This document shows positions 14,274 to 28,325 of a DNA stretch of 64,000 nt, piece by piece (within the stretch, counting starts at the first letter, position 1; each line of letters opens with the position of its first letter). Made by a program: the position numbers and the translations under genes. Location: positions 23,002,001-23,066,000 of the forward strand of contig NC_043015.1 of NCBI RefSeq assembly GCF_006345805.1. Reading direction: 5' to 3'. Origin of the DNA: Octopus sinensis (Eukaryota). The notes under the pieces were generated by a model. The model did not search any database. It was given only the letters and a program-made list of their open reading frames with translations, and was not told the DNA's origin.

Positions 14274-14947
14274 ATGTGCGTGTATTTATGTATGTATATG
14301 TATATGCCTATATATGCATGTATATACAAGTATATCTTTTTGTGTATATGATGAGGTAGCAACATAGATCATTTTAATTAGGTTCATTGAATACAAATCG
14401 AATTAGTAATACCTGAAAGGTCAATGGTCAAGGAAACAGATGAAATAAAATATAATAAATATATAAAGAGATAAATATATAAATAAATTCGTACACTTGA
14501 TACAGGAAAGCCGAATAGGATATTGGAAAAAGACTTATTTTCGTTTTTGCTTTCCTTATTTTTCAGGGCGCGTGTGTTGTAGCTGATTTTTTTTTCTTAG
14601 AGAGAAAGAGAAAAAAAGGTTTTATTATACAGCTTTTGAGGCATTGATTTTGAATGAAAACTACTACAAATGAAGTATAAACATCTTACGGAGCACATGA
14701 TTTAATATGACATATATTTAACACCAGTTTCCACTATAGTTAATAAAATCTGAGACAATTCTGTCGCTGTATTAATTTGTACGTCGATTGATTCAATCTA
14801 GCTGAAATGCTGAAAGCTAATGTTACAACTACTCAAATCGGAGACGTTCGAATTAAATGCTCTACTCCTGATTACTACGCTAGACCTCTCAATCATATGT
14901 TCGGCTTTCATAAACTCGACCAGCAGGAACACTATGTCACTCAATGT

Positions 14948-14984
<37 letters not shown>

Positions 14985-15244
14985 ACACATACACACAGAT
15001 GCTGCGACGAGTAAATTGTCGCCATTTTATATATTTTGTTTCGCGCATAGTTTGATTTTGATTTTGTCGACTTCACAGTACTGTAGGGTCAGTTATGCAT
15101 CGTCTGTGAGAATAACATCACCATGACGCATTTCACTCTGACTGGAATTTGGAAACGACATACTGCATTGCTTGGCATTCGTACTGGAAGCTTCAGTACT
15201 AACAGATGGGGAACACACAGATCAACCGTTAGCTTGTATCAAGA

Positions 15245-15850
15245 GTGATAGAAATCAAACATCCAATCAACATCGTGGTGTTTGGAGAGATCACTAGTGA
15301 TGGCGAATTTATGCTTCTATTCATCTTTCCACGTGGCCTCAAACTCAATATGGAGACTTTAAATCAAGTGGCTGGAGGAGGTAGTGCTGACCTGGGTGAA
15401 GACGGTGGTGGCTGCTGGAAGACACTACGTTTGACAACAGTACTCTGCACCATATCACACAAGCAGGAGAACCATGTCATGTCTGTCAGATAATTTCTGC
15501 GGCCACATCAGCCCCAACATCTGGTCATCTAAGTCAGATTGCGAGACCTCCCCCCCCCCTGATTATTGTGTGGGCGCATTTGAGCAAAACTCCTTGTAAA
15601 ACTAAAGATGAACTGAAGGCAAGAATTATGACAATATTCACTAGCTTAAACAAGGACACCATCCAGAAATATTGCAAGTTATTATGAAGTCGTCTGAAGT
15701 TGAATCCAATAGCGGTTTTATTGAATAAATTTACTCTTTACTATTTCAAGATATATTTATGTAATTTTTGTAAATATATTTTAATATGAGTGGTTAGTGT
15801 TAAAATGAGATGTCATTTTCCCGCAATTCAGACAACAATTTATTCACTCA
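15245..15850 (+). pseudogene. Decayed IS630-Tc1-mariner (maT/DD37D-like) transposase, catalytic half plus probable 3' terminus
   Basis: KHPINIVVFGEITSDG...FIFPRGLKLN, then after frameshifts AAGRHYV*QQYSAPYHTSRRTMSCLSDNFCGHISPNIW. Confidence 0.8.
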
Positions 15851-17484
15851 GGAATGGTCCTGTCTTTTGAACGGAATCCAAGTACAGAAGATACAAGAAC
15901 ACAGGAACCACGTCGATTTTTCGTGTGTGGGATGTCGAACATTATTCCAATTCACTGAAGTAACTGGCACAAACAAATGCCTCGATGAAATTTCAAAGGT
16001 AATGATTGTAAAAAGAAATAATAATAAGTTGAAGTGATTAAAATGGCGTCCTGCTGAGTCACAGATACAAATCTTTGCGATAATAAAGTAAAAGACTTTG
16101 AAATTTCATTCGCATTGTCATAGCATTTTGTTTTGTTTGTGTGTACACTGGTAACTCATATTTACTGATTCGTAAATGTTTCGTAAATGTTCCATTATTC
16201 TGTTCTCATGCTCACGTTGATTCCGATGAAGTAATATGTGTTACTGGTGTTTTATTTGAGAATATCTAATGCAATTGATTCCATTCGGAGATTATACTAC
16301 AAGCGGTTTGTATAATTCTAGTTGCGCGAGAAATCAAAAATGCGAAGCCAAAGTTTTTCCACTTGACAAATAAAGTTCATTTCCTCATTTTCGTTGCCGT
16401 AAAAGGTTTGCCTTTTGGTGCATATATAAAATCAAAATCCACGCAAAGCTGAAAATTTTTTTTAATAAATAAAGACCAATTCTTTAGATTCGTACTTTTG
16501 AACTAATCTCATTCACGTGTAAAATACCAAACTCCACCATATCTTTTAATTCGTTGTTTACTATATTTTTCTGCACTCGATACCATTTTCTTATCATATG
16601 GTGAAAAAAATTACTTCCTTTGGTAAACAAGCATTAATTTTTAATCCAACGAATCTAAATCCAAAGAGATTTAATTACACAAAGAGAATTAATTACATTT
16701 AATTAATACATATAGATATGTTAATTTGACAGCTATATCTCGTATTTGCAAAATTCATTTGATAGAAAGTATACAGACTCACAATACACTGCTTACAGAA
16801 ATTTCATAATAATTTAGCATAAATTCCAGAGATTTTTGCCATTATACGGCAGTTTTTTAGATTGCTCATATATATATGTACAGTACACACTGTTTATTAT
16901 TTTTCTCTTGTGCTGTTCCATATTTCAGATATTAAGAAGACTATATCTTCCGTTCAATTATAAACTATTGAAAGAATTCATGAGTATAGAGTGAATGAAC
17001 TCAATCTCGCAACTTTAATTTTTAGTGCGCAAAAAGAAAAAAAAAACAAAAAGGACCCACAAAAGCTAGTAAATGATTTCATATTTACCTCTTTGAACAT
17101 ATGAACTTTTTAACATAGATTTCGTTTTAATACCAAATACAAAAAGTAACAAAAGGGAAAAAATAACAGAAAGAAAATCGTATAAAAGATAAGAGAGAAA
17201 ATACAGTTCGAAAGATGTAAATGCAAATAGGACGTTGGAATTGGTAAATTAAAATTGGATTAAAGAGATAAAAAAGAAAAAATTCTTCGTCTCTGGCACA
17301 TAAAAAAAAGTATTTCCTTTAAATAAGCCTTTTCATATTCAAATGTAATTTTATTTTTTTGTCATTTCTGTTTCTCAACGTCTATGGATTCGCTTTTTTA
17401 AAAGATGTAGTTTATTTTTTTTATTTATTGTTCTTATTTATTATTATCCTCATCATAATTTTATTATTATTATTATTATTATTA

Positions 17485-17562
<78 letters not shown>

Positions 17563-19320
17563 GTTCATGACAGCATCTATTTCTGGTTTTCGCTTTCGTA
17601 AAATATTCTTAAATGATATGACTGACAAGCATAGATTAGAAAAATCTCTTGCTGCTTCCACGACTTAGTTGACTTGATATGCGTGAAATATGCTTACGTC
17701 ACACAGAACAATACTTTGTTCAATAACAGATTTGAAATAGCACAAAAACAATTTCGGATTTACTTCAAAAATTATTTCTTTTTTAATGAAATTATAAAAA
17801 GACGAGCAAACCATATCAGAAAAAAAAATTCTCAGTTCATATTATTTTCAGAACGTTTGATTATTTGTTATACAAAACTGGATAGGTTTGTCGCTTAACA
17901 TGGGACTTCAGCGGTTTTACAACTGACTGGTGTGTTATTAAATTGAAGAGTGACACGTCTATCTAAGACAAACCCACCTGTACTTGGAACCGATTTGTGA
18001 TAATAATTTTTACTGTTGATGTTCTTTGGTCGGAATACATATCCATTATTTTCACGAGCATCCCAGCTTTACTTTTTGATATGAAAGAGTAGATGATACA
18101 ATATGTAATTTTTTTCTCTTGATATGACTGGTTTATAACTCAAAAGCGATAAGTCTGCTGCTTCTAGAATGGTGAGCGAAAACATCAAATCACTGCCGTT
18201 TGCCTCTCCCACTCGCTAACACTTGATCCGTTTTGGCTCCTCACTCGCTTGGTTCATGCCCTTGCTGGCTCGTATAAGATCCGGTTCTTGTTGCTTTTGT
18301 TGCTCCGTAGTTTCATGTCATTTCAGATTAAATAAATATATGGTCAAAAGTGGATTGGAGACATAACAGTCTTGTTTAATTACTTTTCCTTTCTACAGAA
18401 TATTATCAACTATCAAATTCTTCTGCCTTACAGGCTCAATGAAACGTCATAAATATTAACTGCTATTTTCAGCAGATCGAGTGAACACTTAAGAGGTTTG
18501 GTGAATGAGAAAAGTGAGATAAATAATGCAAGTACTAAGGAAACTGCTCAAAGAAGTTCTACCTTTTCTGTTAAAAAAATCGAGTAGAATAACAGTTTGT
18601 ATTTGCACTGAGCTGAAACACCGCGGACGTAAAATTCCAACACTTCCGTATATGTCAATAAGTGGTAATCTAATATAATGACCACTTCATCGCTTTTTCA
18701 TTCCCACTTAGTTTCTTCTCCACTTGCTATCTCACTATCCCTGTCTGTCTGTCTGTCTGTCATTCTCTCTCTCTCTATCTATCTCTCTCCTTTCATTGCT
18801 TCTTAATGTAACAGACCACCGGTTTCGCTTCCATTTACCATACAGACATTTTCTTATCTCTGCCTCCTCTTACAGACTCACCTCTTCAATTTCGAATCCC
18901 TTCCCCCATTACACTTCCTGTCTTATACTTCATCTTGCAACTGAACTCCTAAAACCTCTCTGCAAACCTCCCTAATCCGCTTACATTCTCCCTCTTCTTC
19001 TCTTTCTTACCTTTCTCCTGCTTCACCTATTAAGCCCTGAAATCTCACACTATGTAAACTGATATTGTAAATTTTTTTCCTGATGACGATAGCGGCTCTT
19101 ATGGTAATACATAATGGAAACATTTACTAGTTGCATATCCCTGACGATTTGTACATTCCAACTTCTCATTTTGAACAAAACAATTATTATGTAATTCCGA
19201 GCTTCCAGAAGCAGAACTCAAGCGGAAAAAAATATGCATCCTTTCACCCGTAGTACTTTTTCTGCTGCCTAAATTTATATCCCTCTTTTTCTCTTCCTCT
19301 CAATGTATATAAATATACAT

Positions 19321-19352
<32 letters not shown>

Positions 19353-19367
19353 GCATATATACATACA

Positions 19368-19409
<42 letters not shown>

Positions 19410-19832
19410 GTAGGATAAAATTTTTTTCGAAAAAAATTCTTTTCCCCAAAAAATTTTATCAATGGCCAGCATATTAAAAAATACCTTTAAAGGTTAAATT
19501 CATAAACAATTCATAAATAAGAGCAAACGAAAACATTTTCAATGCCAAATATGCCGAAAAGTTTGACATATTGTCCATTAACCATTAATTTTTTCACAAT
19601 CCGCACGCTACTCGAAAAAAGGTCGACAGAAATTTCTAAAAAATTCCATTATTACCATATCGGACCGATTTCAGGGTTAGCTTATAACAGCCCTCCCTTC
19701 GTCAGTGATACATGTGGCAAAAGAAATAAATGACATAATTACGTTTGCCCTTATTTATGAATATATAATTATATATATATGAAAAAACAAGTCAAGATAG
19801 AAAATGCTAAAATAATTTTATAGAGAACATTT

Positions 19833-19869
19833 CAGTACCGGTTTTGGTCATTTGAGACCTTTTCAACTG
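19833..19869 (-). ncRNA. Minimal type-I hammerhead-like motif (variant core), PLE family 1; second copy at 47879-47915
   Basis: CAG-TTGAAAA-GGTC(TCAAAT)GACC-aAAA-CCGG-TA-CTG: stem I, stem II, palindromic ACCGGT stem III; the GAAA is mutated in both copies. Confidence 0.6.
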
Positions 19870-20461
19870 TAACAATTAAATAATTAAATTTAGAAAAATT
19901 AAAAGAAAAGGTTTTTAAATGAATATTTGTATAGTGTTCAAATATCAGTGGCATTTTCCTTGTTTTTGCCTTTCTCTGTCTCTCTTGTTTACTCTTGTGG
20001 GGTCAAAGTCGTTGTGAATTCTTGGTAGGGGAGAAGAAGAAGAAGGAGGAGAAGGAGGGGGAGGGGGAGAAGGGGAGGAAGAATTTGGGATTGCCTTGAT
20101 TGTCGTTGGTCAGTGGTTGCTAGCAGTTCCTGCTGTTCAATTCATGAAAATATTTCTATTGAAAGGTTTATTTATAGAATTTGCGTAGGTGTTATACTGA
20201 AAAACTTGAGTGATAAACTTAGGAAGAAGAGGGGGAGAAGAAAAAGAAGAAGAAGAAAAAGAAGAAGAAAGAAGAAGAAGAAGAAGAAGAAGAAGAAGAA
20301 GAAGAAGAAGAAGAAGAAGAAGAAGAAGAAGGGAGTATATGAATGCGCGGAAGTAGTGGGATGTTGGATGACTTAACGTTGGCATGTTTTGGGTTATAGC
20401 TGTGATTGGGGCTTATTTTTAATGGATTCTCAGGAATGTAATATTTGCGTGTTGATTTGTG

Positions 20462-21565
20462 TTATTCTAAAGCCGAGGTGGATATATCGTTTGTCGTAGA
20501 TGCGTTCAGAAGGGGCCTGCATTTTGTAATAAAGAGAGTTTCTTTACTTATTCGTTGCCTCCAGGTTGTATCGTCGCTGAATTGGTAGAGGGGGAAAATC
20601 CTCAAGCTTGGAGTTTTGTTGTGTGCGCAAATATGTACGTGTTGGCCGAATGCTATTTTTCTGTTTTGGGGAATTTTTATCTGGGATCTGTGCAGGGCCA
20701 TTCTTTTACGTAAACTATTTTTGGTTTGGCCTATGTATTGCTCTTGACACCCAGAGCAGGTTAGTGTGTATATCAGGTTCTCCGAAGCACATGTGAAGTT
20801 GATTTTCACTGTGAATCGTTGTCCCTGTTCGAAGGAGAAATCTGATCCCTCAATTAGATAATCGCATATCCCACAATTGGGTCTTCCATATTTTTTTACT
20901 GTCGGCTTCTGTGTTGATGAGCGTATTCGGGCTTGTGTTAGGAGAGTTTTCATAGATTTGGGCTGTCTCTTGCTTTTTATCATCGTGTGTGTTTGGAGGA
21001 TTAAGTTCATTCTGTGGTCTTTCTTTAGCAGGGGTATGTTTTGGAGGATGGTGTCGAAGGCTTCATTGTTGAGAGGGTTGTGTGTGGAGATGTATGGTAA
21101 GGCTTTTGGTCGTAAATTTTTCTTTAATTTGGGATGTCTGAGTTCCTGGATGTTGAGTTGAATGCATATGTCAATTAGTGAAGGTAGGTAGTTCCTGGTG
21201 ATGAGGGTATCTTTTAGTTCATGTAGTCGTGTGTCTCTGGTGTTTGCATTAGAAACTATAGTACATATCCTTTTTGCTAGATTGAAGGGGATATTCATTC
21301 TGGTGTGTCTTGGGTGGCATGAATTGAATGGGAGATATTGCTTGGAATCCGTAGGCTTGTTGTATATATCTGTTTCTATTACATTATTAGATTTCTTAAT
21401 GAGGATGTCGAGGAAGGGGAGTTGTTGCTGGCTATATTCCATCGTGAACTGGATGTTTACGGCCAGTCCATTTAAAATTGCTTGGAATCCTTTGAGTTTC
21501 TCTATATTTTCATGCCAAAGAATGAAACAGTCATAAGAGTCATCTAGGTATCTCTTCCAGTTGTT
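20462..21565 (-). pseudogene. Truncated Penelope-like RT-(Cys linker)-GIY-YIG endonuclease ORF
   Basis: WKRYLDD, LPFLDILI, DIYNKPTDSKQYLPFNSCHPRH, GRPNCGIC linker, LIYTLTCSGCQEQYIGQT (GIY-YIG), KETLFITKCRPLLN. Confidence 0.93.
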
Positions 21566-21619
21566 TTCTATGTAGAGGGAGAAAGGGCTGCCATATCTTT
21601 CTCTATATATATACATGCA

Positions 21620-21797
21620 TATACGGGTACATGACTAAAAAAACTTACACAACATAGAAAACGGGAATATGAAATACAAAAAGATGGAAACCGAACTTTT
21701 TCATGCGAACAACGAAAGAAAGAAATAGAGAAACAATCCCTTCATCAGTTGTCCACTGTTTTATCTAGTCCGCATCTTGAGCACTAGGACAAGATGC

Positions 21798-21800
<3 letters not shown>
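21620..21800 (-). repeat. Interspersed repeat family, probably a PLE terminus; related copy at 28487-28792
   Basis: Shared AACAACGAAA...CCCTTCATC.G.TGTCC segment (CTGATGAAGGG on the minus strand here); both copies are bounded by TA repeats. Confidence 0.5.
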
Positions 21801-21831
<31 letters not shown>

Positions 21832-22034
21832 GCATACATAGATTTACACACACTCACGCACAGACAGACACAGATACATACACACATATATTAGTGACAG
21901 CTATTCTCTGTACAGGATACACTGCGAAGTGCTCAGGAGAATTGAACTTGAGAAGGTAGAGGATAAGTTAGGCAAGTCGATGTATGAAAAGATATTAAAC
22001 ACATCTTATACAAAGAATGTACATAGAAGAGTGA

Positions 22035-22349
22035 TGATTTCAGGAATTAAAAGAGTTTAATAAGAATTTTACGAGTTCAACAGCTGATTGTGGGTGTTTA
22101 ATGGTCTAAAATAATGACTGTAACGTGATTCAAGCATCAAATAACACTAACCTTCGACCACAAGCAAGAATTTTACATATGAGGTGTTGACGGAATGGAG
22201 TTTAAAGATGGAATGTTCTGTCAACACCTCAAATGTAAAATTCTTCTCTGAAGACGGAGGATGATGTAATCAAGTTACAATCATCATCTTGGACCATGAA
22301 GCACACTGAAGCAACTGTTAGACTCGTAAATGTCTTATTCCTGATATCA
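22035..22349. mobile_element. Long imperfect inverted repeat (fold-back / MITE-like)
   Basis: Inner arms AGAATTTTACATATGAGGTGTTGACGGAAT / GTTCTGTCAACACCTCAAATGTAAAATTCT; pairing continues outward with indels to TGATTTCAGGAAT / ATTCCTGATATCA. Confidence 0.75.
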
Positions 22350-22474
22350 ACTGTAGACTGTAAGTCACACCATGTCTTTTATATGTAAACATACATTTTT
22401 TATGACAAATGTATTCAATATCTTTTGTATATCGACTTGCCTAACTTGTTTGTCCTTACATTCACACACACACG

Positions 22475-22629
22475 CTGGATTGGCTGTATGGTAACAAGCT
22501 TGCTTCCCAATCACATAATTCTGTTTCGTCGCACCGCGTGGCAAATTCGATTGGTATGTTTTACTATTGCCTCGGGCCAGCCAAAGTTCTTTGAGTAGAT
22601 TTCGTAGAAGGAAACAGAAATATGCCCGT

Positions 22630-22676
<47 letters not shown>

Positions 22677-22892
22677 GAGTGTGTTTGTGTTGTCCCCCAC
22701 CATCGCCTGACAACAAATGTGGATGTATTTACGTCCTTACAACTTAGCAGTTCGTCATAAGAGCTCGAGAGAATACGTGGCTTAAAAAGAATGACACCTG
22801 GACTCAATTTCTTTGGTAAAAACAGCCTTTAATTTAGTGCACTCGAATGGTCGCAGTCAAGTGACTGAAACAAGTAAAGAATAAAAGAATAA
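22475..22892 (+). mobile_element. tRNA-derived SINE, family D, with internal (TA)n
   Basis: TGGCTGTATGGTAACAAGCTTGCTT head, GCCTCGGGCCAGCCAAAG...GGAAACAGAAA, internal (TA)n, then GACAACAAATG...TTAGCAGTTCG...GCAGTCAAGTGACTGAAACAAGTAAAG tail. Confidence 0.8.
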
Positions 22893-22913
22893 AAGATTAT
22901 ATAATATATATAT

Positions 22914-22957
<44 letters not shown>

Positions 22958-22962
<5 letters not shown>

Positions 22963-23130
22963 AGAGTTCACGAAAAAAAAACCAACAAAAGTCGAAGGCA
23001 GGTGGTGTATAAAACAAACAGATATATTAGTATAATGCTCAGGAAATTGAAAAAGTATTTTATGTTTCGAGTCTATGCTCTTCTACAGAAAGGGACACAG
23101 AACAAAACAAGGAGAGAAACAAGACACACA
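22958..23130 (-). mobile_element. Short PLE-like terminus (family 3) with hammerhead-like motif at 23056-23093
   Basis: Homologous to 41601-41815 (GAAGGCAGGTGG...AAACAAAC...GCTCAGGAA...GTTTCGAG); abuts (TA)n. Confidence 0.6.
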
Positions 23131-25484
23131 ACAAACCTAATCGCATATATCTGTATCACTATCTGTGTTTCTCTAACTTTCTCTCTCACTGTATACATAT
23201 ATGTATGTGTGTGTTTGTTTGCTTGTATGTATGTGAGTACGTATTTGAAAAATCGTTTGATCACATCTGAGGAAAGAAATGTTTGGCCCTATTTAAAAAA
23301 GTTACAGACCACGTAGTGGAAGGAGAATTATTATAACTACATGTAATACCACTTAATCCATGTAATACCACTTAATCCGAAACATCAGTGAAGATCATTT
23401 TACAAACAGCAATCCTTGACTTTTGTTGCAGCTTCTAGGATGGCAACCGACATTGAAGATGCAGACTGTAGACTAGTTTAGATCTAGAATAATACGGTGT
23501 GTATGATGCACTGGCATTTATGAATATCTTGTGAGAATTGGGAAATTCTATCGACTGAAAGGCAGATGTCAGTGTAAATTTAATTCTACTAATAATTTAC
23601 TTCTCAGGAGAAACACTTGTTTTATGTTAAACTCGACATTATGATATACTGTTTCAGCTACTTTTGTAATATCGGTACAAGCTACAAATTTAGAACTAAG
23701 TTTGGCGATAATACAGTTTTTATTAAAATGATGATGATTGGCTAATTTAATAAAATACATTAGAAAACTAATCCAGAATATTGTGGTGTATAAAACTAAG
23801 TCACCTATGGACTATATATGTATGTTTTCATGCGTGGAATATCGTTCAGGAAATAAAACAGAATGATCTGCAAAAAAGTTGTTAAGAATAAATTAATTAA
23901 AAGATATTTTCTTTTCTTTATTTTTTCTTGTTTTTCGAGACTTGAAGATCAACACAGCTGGCGTTTAATATCAGTTCTTTACAATCATGTCTTTGAAAGA
24001 CAATGTTCTATCACGGATAAATCGTGTTCCCATCACTTAACATAATGCGATGCACAAAATAGTGATTTACACAAAGATGAAAAATAAATGAAACAGATCA
24101 TAAAGAAGATAAATTTAACAGATGTGAACACATAAATGAAAGACTAACAATGCGATAGTCTTTTCACTCTTTGACTAATCCTTTGTTCTGTTGTATATTA
24201 TGTGATTTCATGAAATATCAAATATTCTATTGACTAAAATTTATAGTCAACACCAATATTTTGGAAATCGGAATTCATGCACAAAACAATAGAAGTTTAC
24301 GTAATTTGTGTAATCGTAAAGGGAATATGACTGAACATTTCTGTTTATGGGTAAAATATATGAATACATCACTCGAGTCTAAAACTGTGTGACAGTGCTT
24401 AATTAATATGGGCTTCGGTAGATTGACTCACCTAAATTAGGTAAAGAGAAACAAAACTAGCTAATGCTGTACATTGTCATGAATATATTCTGAAACAAGT
24501 TAATCGATCGACATCGAGAGCGTACTTGCATCAGATTAAACAATAATTGCAAAGTGTCAATATGGCTTAATAAATAGCTTTTTACCTACTTTTTAATGCT
24601 CTATTTTGTTAATAGCGCTCTGTTGAAATCCACTCGTAAACCAGTCCGTATATGAGCCAAAACTATTTATTCATTATATAGATTTTCCCTCCCTCACTTC
24701 AGATGAGTAAACATTAGGTTAGTCAACGAGGTTATACCAGCAAGATTTGAATCATGTACTGCTCACCAGGTATTCAGAATAAAATAGTTTAATAAAACAA
24801 AATCCGAAAGTAAAACGAGATTGTCCTGAAAGGATATCGTTTGGGAATAGACCTATTTCCTCATAATTAACCTGGATTAAACTAACTTAACAACAGAGAC
24901 ACTACACTGCTACGGCTTATTCATCTGAAAGATCAACAATGAAGGCGTCTCAATGTGGCGAATTTCGATTAGAAGTCAACTATTCTATTTCAAATCTCAT
25001 AGACGTATCGTAAATAAAGGATATATTCCATAAAGTAGTCCATGTCTATGAAAGAAAGAAAGAAGACTGCAATGTAGTACCTGAAGGCATTTTAATCAGT
25101 GACGCTGTTAATTAAAAGGGCAAACTGAGTAAATGAGCAGCAAAAATATCGTAGTCTAACTGCTACACCAACATTATTAACACCAACACGAAGATCGGCC
25201 TTCACAAGAGGCAAAGAAGTAGCCCTAGATAAATGTATGGCATGCAAATGCATAACAGAAACGATAGAAAACAGTAAGAAAGACTAAAACAGCCACTCGA
25301 TGTGCAGTGTGAATGGTGGTTGTCACCAAAATGACTGAGAGTTTGAAAAGCTTACCTGCAATTATGAGTGATTGAAAGGCGTTAACATCTTTGTAAGATC
25401 ATTCACTCGCAATAAACTACATTCATACACAAGAACAGATGTACACACATGCTCATATATAACATAATACATATATATATTTTT

Positions 25485-25772
25485 TCTTTTATTCTTTTAT
25501 TTGATTCAGTTATCTGACAGCGGCCTGTACTCACTCTATCGGTCTCCTTTGCTGAACCGCCATGTTACGGGGGCGCAAACACACCAGCATCGTTTGTCAA
25601 GCCATGGGGGAATAAACACATTAATACAAACACAAACACACATACATATATATATATATACATATATACGACGGCTGTAGTAGAAGATACTTGTCTACGG
25701 TGCCATGCGTTTGGGACTGAACCTGTAATCATGTGGTTGGTAAGCAAGCTACTTAACACACAGCCACTCCTA
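25485..25772 (-). mobile_element. SINE family D, internally deleted
   Basis: Minus strand AGGAGTGGCTGTGTGTTAAGTAGCTTGCTTACCAACCACATG...GGTTCAGTCCC head plus the family 3' domain. Confidence 0.8.
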
Positions 25773-25988
25773 TATATAAAATTAACAGAATGCGATAAAA
25801 ATACAAGGTTAGATTTTTTATCTCATTCTGAAATTTTTTATATACACGCAAGCTAATATATGACCTACATTGAACTCCTCATTCGCCAAATCACCCAACC
25901 TGGAGCTTAACTACAGTCTGTCCATAGCACTTGCTCAGCATTACCTGACACCTGTGGGTCTTCCTCACACGATTAACTCTCATAACCT

Positions 25989-26080
<92 letters not shown>

Positions 26081-27911
26081 TATATATATGTCCATTATAT
26101 CCTTTGGGGGTAAATACCCTGAAACTAGGCTGCAGATGCCAGACCAGCAAACAGAAGGGGCTGATCTCCCCTGTTCGGAGGTTATAAAGGACACAGATTC
26201 GTGTGTCACATAGCTAGCTAGAGGCGATGGCCTCTTGGAGCTAATCAACGGTATCATTCGTCCTATTTATCTGGACTGCCATGTTAGCTTGGCGATAACT
26301 ATACATATCTTTCCATATATAGATATACATATGCACATATACATGAATACATACATACACATATATATATGTTATTATTAATTTATTTATCTACATCTCA
26401 TTCATATATGTGATTTTTTTAAGTAGGTGCAGAGCTTTTACACACACAGACACACACACACACACTAACACACATATATTTAGCGACAGGAGCGTTTTAA
26501 TGGAGCAGTCAGTAACGGATCAAATGCACTTCAAAACATGTCAATGGAACTGTTACTTCTCTATAAAAGTCAGCTGTGATATTAGAGACCACACAAATAA
26601 ACTGAAGGCAATGAATGAGAATTTGGGGGCGGAAGTGAAGGCGGAGGTAGAATCACCAATTTTCTTGAACATGCTTAGAGCAGCGTCTCTTTGTTTCACC
26701 TATACGGTCACGCAAACTCTTATGCTGTTATACTGTTATACGGGACTAGGCCGATGTGAAGGCCAGGTGAATGAAAGACGTGAAAGAATTCTATCGCTTG
26801 TTTGCGCAGTGCAGTCAATGAATTGATGTGGGAAATGTGGGTTATGAAGAAAATTACACGACGTATGAAAGGGCACACGCAAACACACACACACATGGTT
26901 ACAACACTCACACACAAACACAAATACACGCCTACAAATTCACACGGTCATATGCAGAGAAATACATTTACGCTTTACGATATGTTTATATAACCACACG
27001 CACACGCTCTTAGATACAATATACACACCTGTGTGTATGTGTGTGGTGAGTATGGTGTTAGTTGTGTGCGTGTGTGTGTGTGTTTGTACGCGCGCGTGTG
27101 TATGAGACGTACAAATGCTAGTCATACCTGCACACAATGAATTATCAGGAAAACAAACACAACATACATACATTGCTTATGGCTGTGCGTATACTCAAAC
27201 ATATTAGTGCTTGTGTGTACGTGTATGCATGCGTGTGTATGTGTATTTGTGTGCTTATGTGTATATGCTTTGAGTTCAAGAAAAGACCAGTAATTTGATA
27301 GAGATGTTTTTCTATTTCTACGTGAAAATTCAAACAATACCCAGGAGGAGATGTGACATTTCATATGATTAAATGTCAACAAAACTGTGAAAAAGGAAAA
27401 TGAAGTGAATTGAACTTAAGACAAACAAATAAGAAACGAAAATAAAAGAAAAGCGGTAGGTGTTCATTTGTATTAAAGTGTGCCTTTGACACCCTCAGAT
27501 TTTATTGAAATGTATTGCTTATATATGTATATATATATTCCCACAGCGACACACGCATGCAAACACACACATACATATTGCTATAACGCTTTAACGAATG
27601 ACAACTTGGCCTATTTAACCCTCTTTGGAATACTGCTTACCTAATATTAAATCACTGGTATGCGTAGAATGTTTCTATTCTTTACTATGATATAATTAAG
27701 AAATAGAATATATGCGTGAATATGTTGGCCACCAATCAGTGTTTCCTGAAATAGAAATTACACGTCCATTTTAAATATGTTTACAGAACATACATGAGCA
27801 TGAGCACATACGCACACGCACACGCACAGCGCTTAATGAAAGCTACACTACTTAACAAAATATATATATAAATCCTTTCGTAGCTCTAAACACACCACAT
27901 TTCCAACAAAA

Positions 27912-27985
<74 letters not shown>

Positions 27986-27989
27986 CATA

Positions 27990-28287
27990 ATCTCAGGTCT
28001 TAAAATATGCCCCATATTCTATCCTGGTCCATAATCTGCAGAAATTTTCCAGTTCAATCCTAACCTCAGATTTTGTAATTTGTAATTTAAGGGACCGTTA
28101 TCCATCCTCCGCATTCACAAGCCTCCATTACTCAATAGATTTCCGGATGTAATTTTTTCATACAAGCCCAAATTTTACTGATTGTTTACCTATTACGTCA
28201 AATCTGCATTATTCCGCTATTTATTAAATATTAAATTACCACTTAGCTGTGCTAGCAAGGTATTCATTCTATTTATCCTATTCTATC

Positions 28288-28290
<3 letters not shown>
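27990..28290 (+). pseudogene. Decayed C-terminus of a Penelope-like GIY-YIG domain (different subfamily)
   Basis: Across frameshifts: SWSIICR...RFCNL...LLNRFPDVIFS, resembling the W.I...C.LC..E...LLN.R.E C-terminal pattern; between two (TA)n tracts. Confidence 0.45.

Positions 28291-28325
<35 letters not shown>

Larger units (their letters stand above)
19781..21600 (-). mobile_element. Penelope-like element (Neptune type), 5'-truncated, with 3' UTR/pseudo-LTR
   Basis: RT C-terminal half plus GIY-YIG ORF; the 3' region is shared with 47827-48831; both ends lie next to TA repeats. Confidence 0.92.
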
